Positions 12,125-22,976 of a stretch of DNA of 64,000 nucleotides are shown here, piece after piece. The stretch covers positions 806,001-870,000 of the forward strand of contig NIVC01000085.1 of NCBI GenBank assembly GCA_002269645.1, in the 5' to 3' direction. The notes below the pieces were generated by a model, which did no database searches, was not told the origin of the DNA, and saw nothing but the letters and a program-made list of their open reading frames with translations. A program made the translations under genes and the position numbers. The stretch is from Macrostomum lignano (Eukaryota). How positions within the stretch are numbered: the first letter of the stretch is position 1; the number at the start of each line of letters is the position of its first letter.

Positions 12125-12950
12125 GAAACTGGGGGGTTAGAGTGCAGTGGCTTGTCTGAGGGGTAGGAACTGGGGGTTAGAGTGGGGTGGCTGGCCGGAG
12201 GGGTAGGAAAATGGGGGTCAGAGTGGGGTGGTTGGCCGGAGGGATAGGAAGATGGGGGTTAGAGTAGATGGTTGGCCAGAGGGGTCGGAAAATGGGGGTT
12301 AGAGTGGGGTGGCTGGCCGCAGGGGTGGGAAACTGGGGGTTAAAGTGGAGTGGTTGGCTGAAGGGGTAGAAAAATATGGGTTAGAGTTAGGTGGTTGGCC
12401 GGAGGGGTAGGAAAATGGGCGTCAGAGTGGGATGGTTGGCCGGAGGGGTAGAAAATAGGCGTCAGAGTGGGATGGTTGGCTGGAGGGGTAGGAAAATAGG
12501 CGTCAGAGTGGATGGTTGGCCGGAGGGGTAGGAAAATGGGCGTCAGAGTGGGATGGTTGGCTGGAGGGGTAGGAAAATAGGCGTCAGAGTGGATGGTTGG
12601 CCGGAGGGGTAGGAAAATAGGCGTCAGAGTGGATGGTTGGCCGGAGGGGTAGGAAAATAGGCGTCAGAGTGGATGGTTGGCCGGAGGGGTAGGAAAATAG
12701 GCGTCAGAGTGGATGGTTGGCCGGAGGGGTAGGAAAATGGGGGTTAGAGTGGGATGGTTGGCCGGAGGGGTAGGAAAATAGGCGTCAGAGTGGATGGTTG
12801 GCCGGAGGGGTAGGAAAATGGGGGTTAGAGTGCGGTGGCTGGCCGGAGGGGTAGGAAAATGGGCGTCAGAGTGGGGTGGTTGGCCGGAAGGGTAGAAAAA
12901 TGGGGGTTAGAGTGGGATGGCTGGCCGGAGGGGTAGAAAAAATGAGGTTT
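12125..12950. repeat. G-rich ~39-40-bp minisatellite
   Basis: GGGGTAGGAAAATGGGGGTTAGAGTGGGATGGTTGGCCGGA-type units, about 20 copies. Confidence 0.93.
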
Positions 12951-13669
12951 TCTAGAAGTAGTCTATTTATAGTATTTTATAGCAACAGCAGGGGTTTCCT
13001 CGTGACTTATAGCATGTTGATCTAAACCGTAAAATCCCGTAAATATCAAAGCAAATCAATCAATCAATATAGTATTGTCAAAATTGGTAAAAATCGATAG
13101 TTTAGCGAGCAGGTTAGAAAGTGTGTGTTAGGGTTAAACACAAGTAACAAATAAATAATACCAATAACTATTAAGTGTCATTTTTTTCATTATGCCGAAT
13201 TGCGTCAAAAACAAAAAAATTAAAACAAAGAAAAAAGATAGAAACAGCTGAGAGAAAGCAGATTAGTTGCAGAAAAGAAACAGCAATACATGAGGGTGCA
13301 CTGTAACAGCACAAACTCGTGACAGTGTTGCAATGGATAACAGATTGCTAAAACTACCCTAAGTAGCAAAGCTTTGTAAATAAAACGGGGTGTATATAAT
13401 TTCATACACTGGTGTAAAATGTTTTTATAATAACAGAATCAGGATCACGATTTTTTCATTTAAGAAAAACTTTTGATCGACTTTAACATAAAACAAAAAA
13501 TCACATTAATAAAACATTATAGTGTTGCATATTGAGGATAGCATTAGCAAGCAATAATGTATATATAAGATTCCAATAATACGCAGCAAACTGCAAAAAC
13601 AAAATTATTGAAACTTTTAGGCAGAAATACTAACAGCGGCGACCGCAGGAACTTTCATTTCACGATAAG

Positions 13670-13915
13670 GCGTTCATAGCAGCCGACTCAGCAACCCTAG
13701 CAACTGAATTGGCATCCATAGCAACCGATTAGGCGTCCCTAGCAACTTAATTGGTGTTCATAGCCACCGAATCAGAAACCCTAACAACTGAATTGACATC
13801 CATAGCAACCGATTTAGCAAACCCTAGCAACTGAATTGGCATCCATATCAACCATTCCAGCCCTTTGAAACTGAATCAGTGTCCATAGCAACCGACTTAG
13901 CGGTCCTAGCAACCT
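13670..13915. repeat. Degenerate repeat with CATAGCAACC/CCTAGCAACT cores
   Basis: Reiterated catagcaaccgatt and cctagcaactgaattg units. Confidence 0.75.
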
Positions 13916-14241
13916 ATTAAGCGATCCAAGCATGAGAAGTTTATCAGTCACCAAACAAGGGAGACGCTCCCGGGTACGCCACTGACTACTAATAGTATGT
14001 TACGCAGTTTTTTAAACTAAATTTATCTATAGCTGTATAACAAAGGAATAAAAACGAGATTCATTGCACATTTTGCTACTATAATATTGTAAATATGTCA
14101 ATATCCTCAACACTCTACTTCCGGCATGGTCAAGTTTCGTCAGTAGTATGATGGAAACATGACTGTCCATAAGTTTTTCAAAACAAACAATTGTCAGATT
14201 GCCCACACTAAACATTAGCCGGTCGAATGAACGAATCAAGG

Positions 14242-17200
14242 TCAGTAGTTGCCGTAAGCCGGAGCGGCGTCCTCGGGGTGAGAGGCCTCGTAATTCTGCT
14301 GGGTGGTGGTGACCGAGTAGCTGTGGCCGCACTCGCCTTTGTGGAAATGATTTTTCAGCACCTGGTACTTGCGGAACATCAGGAAGCCAAAGTAGCCGTG
14401 TAGGCCAAGCGTGGGAACGGCGAACACCTGGGATAATGAGGCATCAGAGATTCTCGCTGAATTGAAGCCTATGCTAGTGCGAAATATTGAGATTGCTCAG
14501 GGATTTCCCACGGAATTTTTCATCGGGATTTCCCATTGGAAATTTCTCATAGGGATTTCCCAGGGGAATTTATCATAGGGATTTCCCAGGGGAGTTTCTC
14601 AAAGGAATTTCCCAGGGAGTTATCATAGGAATTTCCCAGGGGAGTTTATCATAGGGATTTCTCATAGGGATTTCCCAGGGGAGTTTCTCAGAGGGATTTC
14701 CCATGGGAGTTTTTCATTGGGATTTCCCACAGGAGTTTTTCATTGGGATTTCCCACAGGAGCTTCACAAAGGGATTTCCATTTGGAGTTTCTTATCGGGA
14801 TTTCCATTAGGAGTTTTTCAAAGGGATTCCCATAAGGGTTCCCCTGTGGATTTTTTTACAGCAATAGGGAATTCCCAGTAAGGGGGAATTCTGAAAATTA
14901 GCCAGAAGTTATTTCAAAAAACTCACAGCGCTGGCGATGGCGGCGCCGCCAATGCCCTTTCCGTTCACGGCCGATAGGATGAAAGCAATCAGGCTCAGAA
15001 TGACCACCACGGCCAGGTAGATCAGGATCTGAATGGGGTGGATTAAGAGAGTGTGCAGATTATCAGATTGGTTATTGGTATGTGCGCAAGCAGGGTTTTT
15101 CAAGCGTCAGAATAATGCCATTTGGGATAAAATTACATTTGTGCGTGATTCTAATTATTTTTTATCATTTATCTTACACTAAGGAGACGTTCGTATGGAA
15201 CCAATTTTATCATTGGTTCAGGAACTTATGCTTACATTTCACTTAAGAACAACTTTGTTTTTTATGAACATCAATTAATTAACCTATCCCACAAATAAAC
15301 AATTTGTTATCTCTTGTAAAGTAAATTTTGGTCGTCTGCCGCTTTTCGAAGTGCTCCTGACTTGAGCCACTGTGGCCAATTTTAGTGTCATTTGATTGAA
15401 GGCACTTCTTTTCCATTCACGTGATTCACTTTAACTTTGTATAAAGGCCAAGTGAAGGGCCAATCTGCCGTTGTTTCTGCGTAAACTTGTCAGGGAAGTC
15501 AAGCTGTTACGTTGTGCTGGCTTTAACATTTCTGGGTGTAATGTCAAAGTTGGTACAATGCTACTCATTGGTGATACACATGCTCGTGCTTATTGTTAAA
15601 GGTGCTCTTGGTCATACAGCACCTAAAGAATGCTCGTATTGTCGTTGTACAACCACTCGAATTCAGGATCGCAATGATTTTTCCAACTACTGCATGTACA
15701 TGATAGTCGCACTGATTAATTTTACCGAGCATATCGTGAAGATAATCAGTGAGTCATATCGCCTCTGACAGAAATTTCTGTTTATATCTTCACTTCCTCA
15801 AACTACACTATGCATTTTATGTATTTACTTCTTCGAGGTTCAGTGATTGGTATTCGTATGAATGTGCACATCAATCTCTCGAAAATTTTGGTTCCAATTT
15901 TGTCAGTGTTGTTTGGTGTACATTCATTAAGCTACAATTGTCATTTATTGTTGCATTTGCATGAGTTTGTTAAGTTATATGGCTCAGTTGATTCATTTTT
16001 TGCTTTTCAGTTTGAAAACCATCTTGGTGTTCTTAAGAACACGAGGTGTCCGACAGAAAGAGGTATTTTAAAACATGTCAGTAATCAGTTGATGGTGATG
16101 CGTTCTTTTTAAGTTCTCTCTCAAGCCTTGTTAATTGTAAAGTTGTGCAGTTGTAAATAGTCACTTCCAACTCAGTTTCTGGTGAAGATTTGATATTTCG
16201 CCGTGATTTGTCTATGCATCCCTACCCGTCAGAAAATCTTTCTATTGGTTATTATGCTGTGTCGCGATCATGGATTTCTGGTGCTCCTAAAGGGAAGGTT
16301 GAGTCTGAGTTCGTTTTGTTTCCATTGGCATCTAATCATATTTAGCGATTCATGTTTGTGAGCACTGCTCACAAATTTAGTGTATTACATTTTTGTTCCT
16401 TCAGCCTACATTTTTACATTTACATTTCTTAGATTCTTACATTTTTTGTTCTTCACTTGTCAGATAATATGCTGAAAACATAGAGTACGGCTCGCACATT
16501 GAATTCACTTCCGCTCTTTTGGTTAGTCACTTGCTTTTTGATCATTGACAACAATTTACAGGATTTTTGCATCTGGACTCTTACTGGTCCAGATGGTCGC
16601 TTCTTTGGTGAGAAATTAGGTTTGTTTTCCAACTGAATTGTTTTTTCCTATGGCTAAGTATTTCACATACTTAGGAAAAAATATTATTGAGTCGATAGCT
16701 GCTAAAATTTAGGTAATTTGTGTCTTATTGAAGTCCAAATTAATAACTTTATGGGTCATTTGCTTTATTGAATGTTACATTTACAAAGTTGCAAAATTCT
16801 ATAGATAATTTTCCCAATTTTCATAAATTGATTGAACAGAGATTTTCTGATTATCTTCATAATCTACATGTAGGATGTTTTTGTCTGTTGTCTATCCTCT
16901 TGAATATATCAGTCAAATATCGAATATGAGCAACCATGAATCAACGCAATGGTTTGTCGCTTCGGCATTGGGCCCCACTGAATTGAGTAAAGCTATGTTT
17001 TGAGTGCTCTTATTTATCGTCAGAACTCGGTCATTTTGTGCAATCTGTATCAACTGAAAGAGATGACGGAGGATGAACGAATGCCTTTTCCACCAAGCTG
17101 CCTCAGAGTTGGAAGTCGAAGAACTTCTGGCTGTGCTAAAGGATCCACCGCATCATCGTAAGAAGCTATCTTGAGTTTTAGCACTCGTATAAGTAACTGG

Positions 17201-18902
17201 ACTGGTGCCGAGACTGGAGCAAGTGGCCAGAATTGCTGCTCTCCCCCGCGAGGACCCGATTTCTCTGTACTTCTCGAAGGACAACCTGATACAGGCCATC
17301 AAACGCTCTAAGCCCTCGAAGGCCATTTGGCCTTGACGGTATTTGCCCGCTCGTCCTCAAATATCAAACCGCTCGCTGCATCACAATGAAATTCCTGCGG
17401 TCTGGAAGAAATCGCTGATCTGCCCGATTATCAAGAATGGCAAACCTCCAGATGACGGCGCCTCCTACCTCCCCGCGGCCCGATTTCGTTTCTCTCACCG
17501 CTGGCAAAAATCTTCGAAAAACTCCTGCTGGGCAGCCTCCAGGAAACCAAAGTTTTTAGGTTCCGGGGGAAGTATGGTTGCAAAGCTGCAAAGCTGCGAT
17601 GATGCAGTGGATCAGAAGCATTGATTACTTTATCAGTTACCTCGGTGTCAAAATTTCGGTGACTGGTAAGGTCATATGGTCGACGGATCAACTGAGGCAA
17701 TGGCTAGGCAGGGTTATGAGCGCACCCATGAAGCCTGACCAAAAGATCAAGGGGATTAAGGAAGTCCTAATCGGTAGGCTCACTTATCAACTCAGGCTAA
17801 GTGAGGTACGTGTCTGCGAGCTGGGGAGAGTTACTAGAATGGTCCAAAAAGCATGTAAGCAGATCCTACACATGCAATTAGGTGCGCCCAATGCGTGGGC
17901 CCATCTGCCCCTGTGGAGATGCGGCCTCGGGCTACCTGATTTTGAGCTCACGATTCCGCTGATGCGGCGTGCTGCCTGCGAAAGCATGGCGAGCTCTTCG
18001 GACCCAGTTGTAGCCAACATAAGTGAAAAGATTCCAACTTATGAAAGTAGTCTCACTCGTAGACTTTACGTTAAATCCGCAAAGAAGGTTATACAGGATA
18101 AATATGAGCAGGCCTATTTGAGCACCCAGAGGGAAGCTCATGAGCGTACGGTGGGAAAGCGCGGTTAGACCTTATTGGCTACATGGCGGAGACGGTGTAG
18201 TGAAGGCGGGTGAATACGTGTCTATCAACAAGTTGGTTACAAGAACTGTTGAGACGCGCCAATTCATCCACCCAAGAGTCAAAGACTTTGAGACTCTGAA
18301 ATGCCGTCGCTGTGGAAACGCGGTAGAAACTGATCTGCATGTTTTGAATGAATTCCCGTTTACCAGACTAGCCCAATGCCGCCGGCAAAATTTTATTGCG
18401 GATTACGAGCTATCTTGGCAAAGCCCTGGTGGACAATGGTTGGGAAGTTTGGAGAGAACGGCTCGTTCGTAAAGATCTAGAGAACTTTAAGCCCGACCTG
18501 ATTTGCAGGAAGGGCAACGATGGAGCGATCATAGACGTCACTGTACCCTATGAATCGAATGAGAATGTGCTACAATCAAAGGAACGGTTTAAAGAGGCTA
18601 AATATGAAGGTCTGAGGGGTCAAGTCGCCGAGCTTTTGAACATCTCTGGCGGCGTTAAAGTCGTTGGAATCGCTGGCGGTGCCTTGGGCACGGTTCTAAC
18701 CTCGACTCTCAATAAAGTGAAAGGACTCGGACTTGATCCAGTCAAGGTCGGAAAAGCATTGCAAATCTCAGCACTCCGAGGTTCAGGCCGTGTTTGGAAG
18801 GCCTTTCGGATTTAAGGCCCATATGCCTGGTGCCACCCCTTTTTTGACACTAGCGCTACGTTAGGCAAGGATTAGGGTCATTATGAGCCTAGTGGAAAAA
18901 AA

Positions 18903-18934
<32 letters not shown>

Positions 18935-21900
18935 GAATGGAGCCTGCGGCTTAATTTGACTCAACACGGGAAACCCCTGCTGACAGATGACCTGAAACTC
19001 CCAGCCTGGCAGCACGGCTTTCGCCCGATGCGCTCGACCACCACTGCCCTGTGCCAGCTCGTTGAGCAGATCAGCACTGGTTTCTGCCATGCTAAACACC
19101 CGGCGAGAACAGGCACAGTTGCCCTCGACTTGAAAGCCGCTATCGATTGTGTGGATCACTACGAGCTCATTACCGACATCTTTAACTCCGACCTGCCGAA
19201 CCTGCAACTCTCCAACTACCTTCTTGGTCGTCACGCCCGCACCGTGCTGCGCGACTGCAAGTCCGCCTGGCGCCAAGTCCGTATGGGAGTCCCCCTTATG
19301 GCAGCGCGATCAACCCGCTTCTCTTCGCTTTCTACCTGAAGGACACCCCTATGCCGGACGACCCTGACTCAAGCCTTATCGGATACGCCGACGACCTGAC
19401 TGTGGCTGCGTCTTCCGCTTCCATCTCGCGCATCCAGGAGCAACTTAACGTCTACCTGGCGCGTCTGGTGCTGTTTCTTGACGCCCGCAAGCTCAAGGTC
19501 TCGGCAGTAAAATGTACTACGACGCTCTTCACTCCGGACCAACGGGAATACGCCAGGGCCCTCGAGGTCAACTTTGACGGCTTCAGACTACCCCAGGCCC
19601 TCTATCCTAAAATCCTGGGAGTCATCTTTGACCCGAAAATGACGTTTTGCCGCCACGTCAACGCGACGACCCAGAAGGCCCGCAAGCGTAATAGCGTCCT
19701 CCGTTGATTGGCGGGCAGCAGTTGGGGTTGCTGCAAGGAGCTGCTTCTCAACACCTTTAGGGCGATTTCACGCAGCATCCTCAACTACGCTGCTCCTGTT
19801 TGGGGACCTACTATCTCGTCCTCCTCCTGGACCGGGCTCCAGGCGGTCCAAAACGCGGCCATTCGGTGCGTCACGGGCTGCACCGTCAGCGGTGCCGTGG
19901 CTGACCTCCACTGCGAGACTCGGATGCTCCCGGTCCAGCAGCACAACAGGCTCCTCTCTCCAGTTCCTTCTGGCCTTCCGCTGCCCTGAGCACCCCTGTC
20001 ATCATCTCTCCGCCTGCCCGGCTCCTCGCCGGCGCATGAAGCCATCCATCTTTACAGCACCGTTCTTTGATGATTCCTGGCAGCCAGTCACCGCCCCGGC
20101 GGTCATCGACGACGCGGCAGCCTGGGACAGGGCGAGACGAGCACAAAATTCGCTCATCGTACTGGATTATATCGACAGCCTACCTCCTAACCGCGTCGTT
20201 GGTCTCTGCCCTGATATCTGCGAGTCTGAACGCTCTCTGCCGCGCCGTACATTCTGCCTGCTCGCCCAGCTGCGCTCAGGTTTCAGCCCCTTGCTTCGCA
20301 TCTACCAGCACCGGCTGAACCCTGAGACGCCTCCCAGCTGCCCTGAGTGTGGCGCGGCCTTGCATGACAGCCTGCATCTCTTTAACTGACCGGCTCACCC
20401 CACCGAGCTGGAGCCTTCGGATCAGTGGCGCAACCCCATTGAAGTCGCTAAGTTCCTGTTGCTGTCCGTCCAGCTTGACCCCGGCGAGAGTAAAAAACAA
20501 CACCATCACGGTCGCAAGCGTCATCACGATCGCAAGTGTCATCACGATCGCAAGCGTCATCACGATCGCAAGTGTCATCATGATCGCAAGCGTCATCACG
20601 ATCGCAAGCGTCATCACGTCGCAAGCGTCATCACGATCGCATGCGTCATCACGATCGCAAGCGTCATCACGATCGCAAGTGTCATCACGATCGCAAACCC
20701 CATCACGGCAAGAGTGATTGATATTTCGTCTCCTTATCTATGCTCTAGACGTCAGGATTTAGGACAAAAAAAGCGAATTTAGACAGACGCTTGTACATGT
20801 AAAAGCAGCCATAAGTTTCCAGGAACAATCCAGGTACATTGTTTGTACTAGCTGTTTCGTAATCATGCAGTGCCATTTTCTGATTAGCGTAGCCGCAATT
20901 AAGTAGCAAGAATAACAATTTAGTTTTGTACTGCTATTGGGCTTATTGGCTTATAATTAATTACCATTCTGATATATATATATTGTTTTTTTATTTATCG
21001 AGACATTGAATCACCAGTGTTTTACTGCACTTACTGCACTGTAGTACAAAAATAGTACAGGTGCTACTGAAATATTCGGCTATTCGACTTAGCCCCTAAA
21101 ACCCTTCTGGCTCCTATGGGTCCCCTGCCGGTTTTTTCCAGTGTGGAGGTAAGCTACAGACAGGTACAGTAAGCTACAGACAGGTACAGTAATCTACAGA
21201 CAGGTACTGTAATCTACAGACAGGTACTGTAAGCTACAGACAGGTACTGTAAGCTACAGACAGGTACAGTAAGCTACAGACAGGTACAGTAAGCTATAGA
21301 CAGGTACAGTAATCTACAGACAGGTACAGTAATCTACAGACAGGTACAGTAAACTACAGACAGGCACAGTAAGCTACAGACAGGTACAGTAAGCTACAGA
21401 CAGGCACAGTAAGCTACAGACAGGCACAGTAAGCTACAGACAGGCACAGTAAGCTACAGACAGGCACAGTAAGCTACAGACAGGCACAGTAAGCTACAGA
21501 CAGGCACAGTAAGCTACAGACAGGTACAGTAAGCTACAGACAGGTACAGTAAGCTACAGACAGGCACAGTAAGCTACAGACAGGCACAGTAAGCTACAGA
21601 CAGGTACAGTAAGCTACAGACAGGCACAGTAAGCTACAGACAAGCTGGGGTGACTCACCACCAGCCCGAAGGGGCCGGGAATCTTGGGCAGCAGGCGGAT
21701 CAGGTACAGGACAAACAGAATGCCGGTGCCGAAAGCGGCGGTGGTGCCAACAAAAGCAACAAAGCCGCCGCCGTGAGCGGACCAGGGGAAGACGGTGCCG
21801 CAGATGAATAAAATCACGGCCGAGACGAAAGCCGCAATCAGCACGATGCCGAGAGGAGTTCGGACAAAGTCTTTGTCCAGCCCTACACCGGGTCCCTCGG

Positions 21901-21952
21901 AATGGGTGGCTGTGGTCTCGGTAGTGGTTGCTTTGTAGGCGTCGGTCTCCAT
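14242..21952 (-). CDS. MARVEL-domain membrane protein (plasmolipin/CMTM/MAL-like), 3 exons, 193 aa
   Basis: Exons 21952-21659, 15028-14927 and 14427-14242 join at phase 0 with GTGAGT donors and CAG acceptors. N-terminal motif LDKDFVRTPLGIVLIA is followed by four hydrophobic segments (incl. HGGGFVAFVGTTAAFGTGILFVLYL). Confidence 0.85.
14500..14880. repeat. GGGATTTCCC-core minisatellite in MARVEL intron 2
   Basis: Degenerate ~25-bp units occupying most of the intron. Confidence 0.88.
15480..16350 (+). mobile_element. CMC/EnSpm (CACTA-type) transposase relic
   Basis: Broken frames give GDTHARA..KGALGHTAPKECSYC (cf. CDAPARA..KGH..C..C), RTD..SPLTEI..MH and LFGVHSLSYNCHLLLHLHEFVKLYGSVDSFFAFQFENHLGVLK (cf. 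LYG..SYNVH.LLHL...YGPLD.FSAFPFEN.LG.LK). Multiple stops and frameshifts. Confidence 0.72.
17531..17588 (+). rRNA. 18S rRNA fragment (ectopic, upstream flank of the RLE element)
   Basis: GGCAGCCTCCAGGAAACCAAAGTTTTTAGGTTCCGGGGGAAGTATGGTTGCAAAGCTG matches the conserved eukaryotic 18S stretch that immediately precedes AAACTTAAAGG. Confidence 0.9.
17597..18902 (+). mobile_element. 5'-truncated R2-type RLE non-LTR retrotransposon inserted in 18S sequence (R8-like)
   Basis: RT end (ISYLG, GLGLPD), CCHC-like knuckle (CRRCGNAVETDLHVLNE), RHN-like RQN, and restriction-like endonuclease KPDLICRKGNDGAIIDVTVPYE..KEAKY..GALG. Stop at 18815, ~80-nt 3' UTR, A7 run. Two frameshifts. Confidence 0.92.
18903..18975 (+). 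rRNA. 18S rRNA fragment (ectopic, downstream flank of the RLE element)
   Basis: TAAAGGAATTGACGGAAGGGCACCACCAGGAG(GAA)TGGAGCCTGCGGCTTAATTTGACTCAACACGGGAAAC is the universally conserved SSU sequence with a 3-nt insertion. Confidence 0.95.
20505..20705. repeat. 18-bp minisatellite (CATCACGATCGCAAGCGT) at the LINE 3' end
   Basis: About 11 tandem units. Confidence 0.92.
21150..21642. repeat. 20-bp minisatellite (AAGCTACAGACAGGTACAGT) beside the MARVEL intron 1 donor
   Basis: About 24 units, ending ~16 bp from the donor site. Confidence 0.95.
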
Positions 21953-22159
21953 GGTAGTCTAGTGTGTAGTCTTTGTAGATCTTTATTAGTATGGACTAGT
22001 TGGTGTGCTGCTTCAGGAACAGGAGCGGCTCCGGTTTAGCAAGCTGTTAGCTGGAAATTTAGGGGAGAAATTGGTAACTATTTAATCAGACTTTAAGTGA
22101 GAGTTTGTATCTTGATTTTGAAGTGATTTTGATTATGCGAATGTAATTTACTATCGTCT

Positions 22160-22232
22160 GTCTGTCTACCTGCCTGTTTATCTGCGTCTGCCTGTCTGTC
22201 TGTGCCTGTCCGTCCGTTTGTCTGACTGGCTA

Positions 22233-22315
<83 letters not shown>

Positions 22316-22324
22316 GACTGGCTA

Positions 22325-22370
<46 letters not shown>

Positions 22371-22374
22371 AGCC

Positions 22375-22415
<41 letters not shown>

Positions 22416-22514
22416 TTCTTAGTGTCTGTCTGTCAGTCTGTCTGTCTGCCTGTCTGTCTGTCTGTCTGTCTGTCTGTATGTCTGTCTGTCTGCCTGTCTG
22501 TCTGTCTGTCTGTC
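22160..22514. repeat. (TCTG)n microsatellite
   Basis: Directly visible. Confidence 0.97.
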
Positions 22515-22976
22515 ATAAAATCGATAAATAAATAAGCAGACTCAGCAATCAGTAATCAAAAATGAGCAGCATCGAGGCTCAAAAGGATGTATTTTAACCG
22601 GGTCACGTTAGTGGTAAACTTAATAAACTACAGAATATATCATAAGATAAACAAACTTTAAATTTTTAAGCCCATCTTAGTAACGACTTAACGAGGAAGT
22701 TTAATGACTGTGAAACTAACTGGCATGACATTATTTTAATATGAGAATCGCTAACTGTCCTTACTAGGAAATATGATTTGAAAAAAGCACAACTTACTAC
22801 TTGCAGTAATAATAAATAAATTACATTTGTCGTTTCTGTGCTAAAATTAAAAGTTATAATTTATGATGATTAACAAACTACCCAAAAAATGTTATGAAAC
22901 AAGCAGACAGAAGATGAACAAAGCTGAATTCACAAAAAATAAGTTAATATTAATTTGTTAGCATTCGCTAAGAAAT

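Larger units (their letters stand above)
17170..20500 (+). mobile_element. Decayed LINE (I/Jockey-group-like RT; clade not assigned), split by an insertion at 17531-18973
   Basis: 5' part: QAIKRSKPSKA..DGI..IPAVWKKSLICPIIKNGKP..EKLLL (ends 17530). 3' part from 18974: PLLTDDLKLPAWQHGFRPMRSTTTAL, VALDLKAA, YADD (~19384), PKILGVIFD, LAGSSWG..RSILNYAAPVW, LAQLRSG..CPEC..HLF. Ends in an A/CAA-rich tail near 20490. Frameshifts and a stop are present. Confidence 0.92.

Noticed and set aside
17531-18975. Functional rDNA unit
   Set aside because: Only ~130 nt of 18S, with substitutions and an insertion, embedded in a LINE within an intron.
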